DNA of 32,000 nt from Nitrospinales bacterium. GTDB taxonomy: Bacteria; Nitrospinota; Nitrospinia; Nitrospinales; VA-1. This document shows positions 1 through 7,127 of this stretch, piece after piece. Under the pieces are notes generated by a model. That model did no database searches. It worked only from the letters and a program-made list of their open reading frames with translations, and was not told the DNA's origin. Positions within the stretch are counted from its first letter, which is position 1; each line of letters opens with the position of its first letter. The position numbers and the translations under genes are program-made. The stretch spans positions 875,802 to 907,801 of the forward strand of contig OZ253496.1 of the NCBI GenBank assembly GCA_965262115.1, given 5' to 3'.

Positions 1-158
1 CGGAGCCCTTTTTTAGTGGTTGGAGAGGATTGAAAGATTGACCTGGGGACCGGCTGTAAACGCAAATCGTGACTACCGCAGTTTACTACCGCACATTGAC
101 CTGAGAGGACGGATCGCTGTACGATCAAATCTTAGTTACTACACGGTTCTGCCGCACA

Positions 159-1331
159 TCATTTAACTTTCCCTCGCTTGGTGATTTTCCCTGAGGGAAC
201 TGACATATCCAGACTCAAATCTCTGGCTGTCTTGACCATGAACAAATCAAGGAGACTCTGGGCGGCATTAACATTTTGTCCTTTTTGCCCCCCGGACATT
301 ACAACATTCGGAACCCATTGTCCCTTGTAATCTTTCATAGCTTGGGCGTAGTAACTATTTACCTCCTTCCAAGCCTCTAGTTTTTGAGCCAAAGCGCCGT
401 CGGCGTTCATGACAAGTTTTTTCCTCTCAGACTCGCCCTGCCCCAAAAGAATCTGCCTTTCTTTCTCCTCCTTGGCCGCCATTTTCATCAATTTTGCCAC
501 CGCAAGCTCTTTTGCTGCATGCAGTTCAGCCACCTCTTTCTGTTGCTGGGCTTCTACAATGGCCTTGACCTTCTCCTGCTCTTTTTCATATTTGGATTGC
601 ATGACATCGGCCTTACCCTTCATCTCAATGGTCTTGGCATCCTGCTCTGCCTTTTTGGCATTGGCTCGAGCCGTTTCAACCTCCATGATGGCTTTTCGTT
701 GGGCCTCAATTTGACTTTCAACCACTTGAGGATATTTGATGGCGGTAATTCTAAAGGCATCGAAAGAAATGCCAGTACCCTCCATAGGGTTCCCCTCCCG
801 CAGGAGATTCCCATTTTCATCACGCAGGATCTCTTTAAAGTGTTTCGTTGTTTTCTTACCTGTCATCGGATCAATGATTTGCTTATCATTGGTGACGGTT
901 TTATACACCCCATTGAGCAATCGGTCGAAAGCCATGGAATCAAAATCTGCCCTCTTTTCGTCGAAAGATTCCTTGGCAGACATGAGGTTTCCCGTCAAGC
1001 GCAAAACTCGTCCCAAATGTGGATAAGCCAACTGCTCCATAACAGAATTTATGGAACGGAATCCATGTTTAGTGATGAGATCCAAGGCCTTCTCCTCAGA
1101 TTTAGGCATATACACACGCACCGTCCCAAGCACTGTAGACTGGGAACCATAGTTAAAACGTGTGGGAATGACATGATCTCTGGTAAAATCAAAGGTTGTT
1201 GATACTGGCCAGGTCTGCACATCTCCAAAACATTGACACCACATTCCAGGGTCCATTTTGACCGTTAAGGTTCCCGTTATGGGAAACTGCCGGATCTGAG
1301 TAGGTACCCTTCTCAACAGTTTCAAAAGCAT
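159..1331 (-). CDS. SPFH/band-7 domain protein (main body; its N-terminal anchor lies in a different frame)
   Basis: 390-aa ORF. An SPFH-like N-terminal region is followed by a long Ala/Glu/Lys/Gln coiled coil (EAQRKAIMEVETARANAKKAEQDAK...AELHAAKELAVAKL). The frame is closed by TGA directly upstream of its ATG, and it encodes no membrane anchor. Confidence 0.75.
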   Translation of the reverse strand: MLLKLLRRVPTQIRQFPITGTLTVKMDPGMWCQCFGDVQTWPVSTTFDFTRDHVIPTRFNYGSQSTVLGTVRVYMPKSEEKALDLITKHGFRSINSVMEQLAYPHLGRVLRLTGNLMSAKESFDEKRADFDSMAFDRLLNGVYKTVTNDKQIIDPMTGKKTTKHFKEILRDENGNLLREGNPMEGTGISFDAFRITAIKYPQVVESQIEAQRKAIMEVETARANAKKAEQDAKTIEMKGKADVMQSKYEKEQEKVKAIVEAQQQKEVAELHAAKELAVAKLMKMAAKEEKERQILLGQGESERKKLVMNADGALAQKLEAWKEVNSYYAQAMKDYKGQWVPNVVMSGGQKGQNVNAAQSLLDLFMVKTARDLSLDMSVPSGKITKRGKVK

Positions 1332-1419
1332 TCATCCCTAGTAAGATCACGACAACCAAAATAACAATGGAAATTACCTTATTAGGGGACATGAATTTAG
1401 GGATTAATTCGTTAGGCAT
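1189..1419 (-). pseudogene. 5' segment of the SPFH gene: true start plus transmembrane anchor, 1 nt out of frame with the body
   Basis: ATG 1419 is preceded by GGAGG-N6. It encodes MPNELIPKFMSPNKVISIVILVVVILLGMNAFETVEKGT, the TM helix plus the typical post-anchor V-E-K-G. The reading then diverges, while the other frame continues TQIRQFPITGTLTVKMDPGMW. Confidence 0.5.
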
Positions 1420-1751
1420 TTATGGCCTCCAAAGTTAAAAGATGTGCATTCCAACATCAACTTGGACGACGACAATGGCCAAGTGAAGCCTTTATTCGAG
1501 TTGTAAATTTGGCGTGGATTATAACAGAATTGGGCGATTTAGCATAGTAAACGTGTTCCAGGCTAGACCCACCATTGTCTGGTTTCTCCCCCGCAACCCC
1601 GGCCTATTGAGAGGGCTTCCAGCTCATTGCCTCGCACCGGAAGGCAGGTAGCCGAATTGAAAAGAGGATAATTTAATTAAAGTCCCAAGCAGTATTGAGT
1701 TAATAAGCCATGAAGGTAGAGTAGTAATCAACATATTCTCCTAATTAAGGG

Positions 1752-1789
1752 GAATCGTAGGGTTGGAGGTTCAAATCTTCTCGCCCCGA
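1752..1789 (+). other. tRNA-Pro-like 3' fragment (T-arm plus 3' acceptor strand, no 5' half)
   Basis: ATCGTAGGGTTGGAGGTTCAAATCTTCTCGCCCCGA is colinear with the 3' part of bacterial tRNA-Pro (..GGGGTCGGAGGTTCGAATCCTCTATCACCGA). It has T-stem GGAGG/CTTCT, T-loop TTCAAAT and acceptor strand CGCCCCG plus discriminator A. The complementary CGGGGCG is absent upstream. Confidence 0.45.
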
Positions 1790-1800
1790 CTAGTAAAAAC

Positions 1801-1836
1801 AAGGACGTAACAGTTTTCGTTAGGTCCTTTTGTTGT
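1801..1836 (+). terminator. Hairpin plus T-rich tail directly after the tRNA-like fragment
   Basis: AAGGAC(G)TAAC-agttttc-GTTA(G)GTCCTT gives 6+4 bp with one mismatch. It is followed by TTTGTTG. Confidence 0.4.
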
Positions 1837-2025
1837 GGGATGTAGTCAAAATGTAGTCAAATCACCGGATATATAGGGAGCCACCGGACTCACCGGAAAA
1901 GAAATTCAACCTAGGTTGAATTCTGGAAGATTTTAAGTCACTGACTTTCAAAAAAAGCGCATTTAAATGATTATTTGGAAACTGCCCTTGGGTATATCAC
2001 ACCGGCGTGATAGGCCGGAGTTAAT

Positions 2026-2310
2026 TTAATTAACCTCTACAACGGGGCTTCCACAAACTATTGACTGAATGAGAGTTGCTAGAATCCTGACAGATTTGTT
2101 CAGCTCTTTTTTTATGCCTTTGGTTGTGGGCAAATTGTGGGCAATTGATACTTCATCGCCACTAATAGGACAAAGGCCGGGAAGGTTGAAAGTGATTACA
2201 TCGTCATCCTAGTTACTGATGTAAATAACTCCCTCATAGTCGCCAAAGGTTTGGCAAGGGACTAAGGGGCAGCAATAGAAAAAGAGAATTAGGAAAACGA
2301 ATTTCTTCAT
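2026..2310 (-). pseudogene. Small secreted-protein-like ORF interrupted by an in-frame TAG
   Basis: ATG 2310 follows GAGGTGG-N4. It encodes MKKFVFLILFFYCCPLVPCQTFGDYEGVIYISN, then TAG (2209..2211). The same frame stays open for 61 more codons (DDDVITFNLPGLCPISGDEVSIAHNLPTTKGIKKELNK...) to TAA at 2026. Confidence 0.25.
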
Positions 2311-2353
2311 GGACCACCTCAAGAGTCTGGGGATGCAATCACTCTTTTTCAGG

Positions 2354-2384
2354 TTGGCGATGTTTTTCAATTGTTTGGTATAAT
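2354..2384 (+). promoter_or_regulatory. Sigma-70 type promoter with an extended -10
   Basis: TGGTATAAT at 2376..2384 matches TGnTATAAT, with TTGGCG at 2354..2359. It lies inside the TTG-extended ORF call, which argues for the ATG at 2425 as the true start. Confidence 0.55.
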
Positions 2385-2424
2385 ACGCTCCAATTCACCG
2401 AATATTTTTAGAGTAGTGGAATTT

Positions 2425-2745
2425 ATGGTCGAACATAATTTAAGGAAATGGCAGCACATTTTAGATGGCCAAGGCAAAACATTTTCCATCAATGGCCAGC
2501 AGGTAGCGGTGTTCAATATTGACGGTGAAATTTTTGCTTTTGATGATGAATGCCCACACTTGGCAGGTTCTTTGGGCAGTGGTAAATTGGAAGGTAAACT
2601 AGTGACCTGCCCGAACCACGGTTGGCAATTTGATGTCACCGACGGAAAATGTGTTACCTTGGATCGATGTGATGATGGATGCGTGATTGACACTTATCCG
2701 GTAAAGATAGAAAACGACGAGATAATTTTAAGTTTGTCCTCATAA
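2425..2745 (+). CDS. Small Rieske [2Fe-2S] protein, NirD-like (nitrite reductase small subunit / Rieske ferredoxin family)
   Basis: CPHLAGS-x16-CPNHGWQF gives the Rieske motif CxH...CxxH. The size is about 107 aa from MVEHNLRKW. The track start at 2371 is a TTG overlapping the promoter. Confidence 0.8.
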   Translation: MVEHNLRKWQHILDGQGKTFSINGQQVAVFNIDGEIFAFDDECPHLAGSLGSGKLEGKLVTCPNHGWQFDVTDGKCVTLDRCDDGCVIDTYPVKIENDEIILSLSS

Positions 2746-2898
2746 GCAATTTTATTTCCCCCAGCCCTCTCTCCTTCTCAGAAATGGAATATATCCCGTC
2801 ATCCGAATGTGGACCCTTTGAGGTAAAAAGCTAAGAGGTACTTTCTGCTAAACTTTCCTTCTCCACGGGTACTTGCCCGTTGCCGCTCTGGCGAAGAG

Positions 2899-2970
2899 TA
2901 GCCCCAAGGGGAGTCGAACCCCTGTTTCCGGCGTGAGAGGCCAGCGTCCTAACCACTAGACGATGGGGCC
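2899..2970 (-). tRNA. tRNA-Glu (anticodon CUC)
   Basis: The reverse complement reads GGCCCCA TC GTCT AGTGGTTA GGAC G CTGGC CTCTCAC GCCGG AAAC AGGGG TTCGACT CCCCT TGGGGCT A. All four arms pair, it is 72 nt long, and no CCA is encoded. Confidence 0.9.
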
Positions 2971-3012
2971 ATATAAAATGGTGGGTGGTTATCTTAACTC
3001 AAATGGGGAAAT

Positions 3013-3477
3013 TTAGAACCCGTCTTTTTTCATGATCGGTGGACCGTACCGGTTTTTCTTTTTCTCTTTGCGGACCGCTTCTTCCGCATCCAGGTCGCGT
3101 TTGTTCACTCCAAAAATAAGAAACGTCATCAAGGGGTAAGCCGGGAGGGACAGCACCCCCCAAGTGAGCATGAACTTGTTCCCCGCAGAAATCATGCCTC
3201 CATCGCTCCCCTCATTCCCACTTGTGCCAAAAGCCAAAAACAGCATCAGACCCAGGAGCATTCCCATTAATGAAGAGATTGAGGTTTTATGCGCCACCTC
3301 ATTCATATATAGTGTCGGCAAAAGCGGGAAATCACTGACATAAGCGCCGATGAGTCCCAAAGTAAACATAATAAACATTGCCGCCATTAAAAATTCGTTA
3401 GTGATGGCAATGGTAGCCACCAACTGGTAAACGGGAGCCCAAAGCGCGACAATAAATGGATTACGGTAAATATTCAT
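3013..3477 (-). CDS. Hypothetical integral membrane protein (about 4 TM) with a basic C-terminal tail
   Basis: 154-aa ORF with hydrophobic segments (FIVALWAPVYQLVATIAI, AAMFIMFTLGLIGAYV, LMGMLLGLMLFLAF, WGVLSLPAYPLMTFLIFG). It sits between two tRNA genes on the same strand. I recognise no family. Confidence 0.6.
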   Translation of the reverse strand: MNIYRNPFIVALWAPVYQLVATIAITNEFLMAAMFIMFTLGLIGAYVSDFPLLPTLYMNEVAHKTSISSLMGMLLGLMLFLAFGTSGNEGSDGGMISAGNKFMLTWGVLSLPAYPLMTFLIFGVNKRDLDAEEAVRKEKKKNRYGPPIMKKDGF

Positions 3478-3536
3478 ATTTCCTCAAAGCGGAGAATTTC
3501 CGCCGGACATTGCCTCCACGGCTAGTGGCCAAAGGG

Positions 3537-3610
3537 TGGCTCGGGTACAAGGATTCGAACCTCGACATTCAGAACCAGAATCTGACGTCCTACCGTTAGA
3601 CGATACCCGA
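3537..3610 (-). tRNA. tRNA-Gln (anticodon CUG), CCA encoded
   Basis: The reverse complement reads TCGGGTA TC GTCT AACGGTA GGAC G TCAGA TTCTGGT TCTGA ATGT CGAGG TTCGAAT CCTTG TACCCGA G CCA (74 nt). ORF 3484..3666 overlapping it is spurious. Confidence 0.9.
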
Positions 3611-3720
3611 CCACTAATTTCTTGGAAAACTTGATTTATAATAGTTTTAGATGCGAAAACTGTCAAGCAGAGAACCTCTGCCCACTAGGCGTGGGGGCCA
3701 GCTAGTCAAAGCCCGTCTTT

Positions 3721-3826
3721 GCGAGGAGCCAACTGCGACGAAGCAATCCAGAATACCTTTGCAGAGCATGAAGGCTAATGAGCACGGCACTGGATCGCCG
3801 CGCTCCTTTCAGTCTCTCGCGATGAC
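3721..3826. repeat. Degenerate copy of a dispersed intergenic palindromic repeat
   Basis: The left arm is GCGAGGAGCCAACTGCGACGAAGCAATCCAG (3721..3751). The right arm is CTGGATCGCCGCGCTCCTTTCAGTCTCTCGCGATGAC (3790..3826). The spurious ORF 3651..3887 reads ..CEEPTATKQSR.. and ..SLAMTK.., the peptide signatures this repeat family typically generates. Confidence 0.45.
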
Positions 3827-3955
3827 GAAAGTGTGGTTTTTAATATTCAGGCGGGTAGGGCCACCGGTGAGCCGCCAGAGGCAATAGCCCATAAAGCCGA
3901 GAGGACACTTATCCGCATGTGATATCGCTACACTTGCTTCATGCCCCAAAGGGGT

Positions 3956-3995
3956 AAAATAAAGACATCGCAAGTTACCAGCGGAGGTACTCCGC
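3956..3995 (+). repeat. 40-nt upstream element, copy 1 (A/T box + GCAAGTT + palindrome CGGAGGTACTCCG)
   Basis: AAAATAAAGACATCGCAAGTTACCAGCGGAGGTACTCCGC. It is 35/40 identical to 21806..21845 and 30/39 identical to the reverse complement of 13771..13809. It ends 21 nt upstream of the rsmD ATG. Confidence 0.7.
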
Positions 3996-4016
3996 TAGTG
4001 AAAGGAACCTCTTTAT

Positions 4017-4586
4017 ATGCGCGTAATTTCGGGCACCGCCCGGGGAACCCGTCTGGCCAGCCTGGGCTCTGCCGACATCCGCCCTACCCTCGATCGGGTC
4101 AAGGAATCGTTTTTCAATCAGGTCGGCCCCGGCCTCGAAGGGGTGGCCTTCCTCGATTTGTTCGCCGGTAGTGGAAGCATGGGCATTGAGGCGCTTAGTC
4201 GGGACGCAGAAACGGTAGTGTTTGTCGAACCCAACCCTGAGGCCCAGTGCATCATCATGCAAAATCTGGAAAAATGCAAAATGACCGGTGACACCCCACG
4301 CTGGGTTTTATTGCAATCCCCTGCCCACACTGAATTGCAAACACTTGAGCAGCGGAAGCTGGCCTTCGACCTCGTTTATGTAGACCCGCCTTTCGCCGAC
4401 GACTTGTATGAACCGACCTTGCTGGAGCTATCGCCATCGGGAATACTGCGCCAGGATGCTATGGTCGTGGTGGAACATTTCCATAAAACCGTTTTGCAGA
4501 AAAACTATGGTAAACTTGAATTTTATAAAGATCGGCGATTGGGCGATTCCTGCCTTTCTTTTTTTCGATTTAAAGACTCCCTTTAA
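4017..4586 (+). CDS. rsmD: 16S rRNA (guanine966-N2)-methyltransferase RsmD
   Basis: MRVISGTARG..L......RPT.DRVKESFFN, then LDLFAGSGSMGIEALSR, then VYVDPPF. These are the diagnostic RsmD-family motifs, and the protein is 189 aa. Confidence 0.9.
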   Translation: MRVISGTARGTRLASLGSADIRPTLDRVKESFFNQVGPGLEGVAFLDLFAGSGSMGIEALSRDAETVVFVEPNPEAQCIIMQNLEKCKMTGDTPRWVLLQSPAHTELQTLEQRKLAFDLVYVDPPFADDLYEPTLLELSPSGILRQDAMVVVEHFHKTVLQKNYGKLEFYKDRRLGDSCLSFFRFKDSL

Positions 4587-4589
4587 ACT

Positions 4590-5663
4590 ATGATGGATAC
4601 ACAAAAAATTGTTATTGCTATGAGCGGTGGGGTAGACAGCTCCGTGGCTGCCGCGATCATGAAGGAACGCGGATACGAGGCGATTGGGGTTTCTCTGCAG
4701 TTGTGGAACTATTCCAATTCGGATAACCGGTTCGGCACCTGTTGTTCTCTCGATGATATGGCCGATGCCCGACGGGTGGCAGAGCGGGTCGGCATTCCTT
4801 TTTACATCCTCAACATGGAAAAAAAGTTTAAGGAAGAGGTGGTGGACTATTTCATCTCGGAGTACATGCAGGCGAGGACACCGATTCCCTGCACACTGTG
4901 CAACCAGAAACTGAAATTTGAAGAGTTGATCCACAAGGCTGAGTCGTTTGGAATTCGGCGCGTTGCTACCGGACATTACGCCTCCATCGTCAAGCATTTT
5001 TCCGGGAACCTAATGGTACGCCGGGGCCGGGACCGGTTTAAAGACCAGAGTTATTTTCTGTTCAACTTGTCGCAGGAACAACTGGCGCGGCTGGAGTTTC
5101 CGCTCGGTGACATGGATAAAAAAGAAGTGCGCGAACGCGCCCGGCAACTAGGATTGAACGTGGCCGAAAAAGCCGAGTCGCATGAAATCTGTTTCATTCC
5201 TGATAACGACTACCCCCGGTTCATCGCCAAACAGTTAAACGGCCAAGCCCTGCAGGAGGGAGAGATCGTCAACTCCGCAGGCAAAGTTCTGGGCAAGCAT
5301 CCGGGTTACCCGGCGTTCACCATCGGGCAGAGAAAAGGGCTTAACCTTGGCGGCCTCAAGGAACCCCATTTTGTGACGCATATTGACCCGGTGCAAAACC
5401 GCATTACCGTTGGCCCCAAGCACGAACTGGCCCAACCCGACTGCACGGTGAACCAGGTAAAATGGAGCCTGGAATTTTCCGGTCCATTGCGCGCCGATGT
5501 GCAGGTCCGTTACCGACACCAGGGGGTCCCCGCAACCGTGACACCGCTTGACGGCTTGCGGGCAAAGATCGAGTTTGACGAGCCGCAGATTTCCATCGCG
5601 CCCGGCCAGTCCGCCGTATTTTATCAGGATGACTGCGTAGTCGGCGGTGGGTGGCTGGAGTGA
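4590..5663 (+). CDS. mnmA: tRNA 2-thiouridine(34) synthase MnmA
   Basis: The PP-loop is VIAMSGGVDSSVAA. Catalytic Cys regions are GTCCSLDD and IPCTLCNQ. The 357-aa protein is colinear with MnmA/TrmU. Confidence 0.92.
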   Translation: MMDTQKIVIAMSGGVDSSVAAAIMKERGYEAIGVSLQLWNYSNSDNRFGTCCSLDDMADARRVAERVGIPFYILNMEKKFKEEVVDYFISEYMQARTPIPCTLCNQKLKFEELIHKAESFGIRRVATGHYASIVKHFSGNLMVRRGRDRFKDQSYFLFNLSQEQLARLEFPLGDMDKKEVRERARQLGLNVAEKAESHEICFIPDNDYPRFIAKQLNGQALQEGEIVNSAGKVLGKHPGYPAFTIGQRKGLNLGGLKEPHFVTHIDPVQNRITVGPKHELAQPDCTVNQVKWSLEFSGPLRADVQVRYRHQGVPATVTPLDGLRAKIEFDEPQISIAPGQSAVFYQDDCVVGGGWLE

Positions 5664-6433
5664 GCGAAGCGGTTCAAGTGGCGGTTGAAGCCGCTTTAGC
5701 CGCCGGAAAAATCCTGCGCGAACGAAAGGACTCCATCGGGAAAATATCTTACAAAGAATTTTATGATCCCGTCACAGAAGTCGATCTCCTCTGCGAGCAG
5801 ACGATTATCTCCCGCATCAAAAAAACCTTTCCCGAACACGATATTCTGGCCGAAGAGTCCGGTAGCACCCAAGGCAACTCGTCAACAAGCAAATGGATCA
5901 TTGACCCACTCGATGGCACTTTGAACTATTCCCACGGTTATCCCTGTTATTGCGTTTCGATCGGATTGGAACACGAAGGCCAGTTGGAAGTCGGTGTGGT
6001 GTACAACCCCTGCCTGGACGAGTTGTTCGTTGCCGAACGAGGCAAAGAGGCCAGCCTCAATAACAAGCCCATCAAGGTTTCCACCATCCCAACATTAAAA
6101 GAAAGTCTGCTCGTTACAGGTTTTCATCCCAAAGTGGTCAATTCTCTGGATGACAACTTAAACCATTTTTGCCGGTTCATGAAATTGTGTCAGGCGGTGC
6201 GCCGTCCCGGCTCCGCCGCCATGGACATGGTATATACAGCGATGGGCCGGTTCGAAGGGTTCTGGGAGATCAAACTCAGTCCCTGGGATGTCGCGGGGGG
6301 CGCGTTGATCGTGACAGAAGCCGGGGGCACCTTGTCGAAGTTTGATGGAAGCCCGACAACGATTTACGATGAGGAAATCCTGGTCAGCAACGGCCTCATC
6401 CATCAGGAGATGGTCGACGTTCTCCGCCAGTAG
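5651..6433 (+). CDS. suhB: Inositol monophosphatase family protein (SuhB-like)
   Basis: ILAEESG, WIIDPLDGTLNYSHG and WDVAGGALIVTEAGG motifs are present. The start is either GTG 5651 or GTG 5660, and both overlap the mnmA stop. The gene ends in TAG. Confidence 0.85.
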   Translation: MAGVSEAVQVAVEAALAAGKILRERKDSIGKISYKEFYDPVTEVDLLCEQTIISRIKKTFPEHDILAEESGSTQGNSSTSKWIIDPLDGTLNYSHGYPCYCVSIGLEHEGQLEVGVVYNPCLDELFVAERGKEASLNNKPIKVSTIPTLKESLLVTGFHPKVVNSLDDNLNHFCRFMKLCQAVRRPGSAAMDMVYTAMGRFEGFWEIKLSPWDVAGGALIVTEAGGTLSKFDGSPTTIYDEEILVSNGLIHQEMVDVLRQ

Positions 6434-6515
6434 GCGTGGAGCTGTGATATCCCTTCATTAGCTTTCGCCCTTTCTACCCCGGCGGGGCATGGAGGCTAGA
6501 GGGCCTGCCTTTATC

Positions 6516-7127
6516 ATGAAAATTTTATTTCTACTAATCCTAATTACTATCGGAGGATGCCAGACCGTCCCGGAAAAGGACTGCGTTGGTTGCGCCCATG
6601 ACCTCTATCTATGGAAAACGGCGGTGGACACCGTTGCCAAGGCCAACTTCCCCAACGAGGAATTTAACGCCGTGGTGCATTACACAGATTTTTCCAATGC
6701 CTGGGTGACCACGGGAAACGATGTCCATATCACCGATGATCTTCTGTTTCAATTAACGCCAGAGCAGAGAGTGGCCGTGGCGGCACACGAAATCGGCCAT
6801 TTAAAAGCAGGCCATTATTATTCCAGCATGGGAGTTTCGATTCTTACATCCATCGCCTTTTCGGTGGCCAATGTGTTTGTGCCGGGGGTGGGCTATGCCG
6901 AGTATCTGGTGAAACCGGTTGTCGTTGGCGGGTTCTCCCGCCCACAGGAACTGGAGGCCGATGTACCGCCTCACCATTTGATTGAAGTGTTTCAGGTTTT
7001 CCGTAAGGTGTCTGGAGGCAAGTCCGATGAGGCCAGCTATTTTTCCACCCATCCGACCACGAGCGAACGCATCAAGCAGATAGAAAGTTTTTACAAAGTA
7101 TCTGAACCTCAGGTGGAGGAAAACTAA
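6516..7127 (+). CDS. M48-family zinc metallopeptidase, probable lipoprotein
   Basis: It has HEIGHLKAGH (HExxH), ELEAD and a C-terminal STHPTTSERI. The N-terminus MKILFLLILITIGGC has a lipobox. The track start at 6489 adds 9 residues. Confidence 0.75.
   Translation: MKILFLLILITIGGCQTVPEKDCVGCAHDLYLWKTAVDTVAKANFPNEEFNAVVHYTDFSNAWVTTGNDVHITDDLLFQLTPEQRVAVAAHEIGHLKAGHYYSSMGVSILTSIAFSVANVFVPGVGYAEYLVKPVVVGGFSRPQELEADVPPHHLIEVFQVFRKVSGGKSDEASYFSTHPTTSERIKQIESFYKVSEPQVEEN

Noticed and set aside
384-1202. Long antisense ORFs opposite confident genes (384..1202, 4428..4997, 10599..10931, 11853..12278, 12609..13205, 13792..14331, 19836..20246, 20733..21263, 21312..21800, 24686..25090)
   Set aside because: Each lies fully inside a gene with clear family motifs on the other strand. 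Their sequences are low-complexity or odd in composition and have no recognisable motifs.
1596-1665. SRP (4.5S) RNA-like string ACCGGAAGGCAGGTAGCC resembling the conserved CCGGAAGGAAGCAGCC
   Set aside because: The flanks do not fold into the required long hairpin around a GGAA tetraloop; most positions mispair when I pair them by hand.
2371-2424. The TTG-initiated 5' extension of the Rieske ORF
   Set aside because: The extension contains the extended -10 promoter (TGGTATAAT at 2376..2384), so translation most likely begins at ATG 2425.
3484-3666. ORF 3484..3666 (minus)
   Set aside because: It is fully explained by tRNA-Gln on the same strand.
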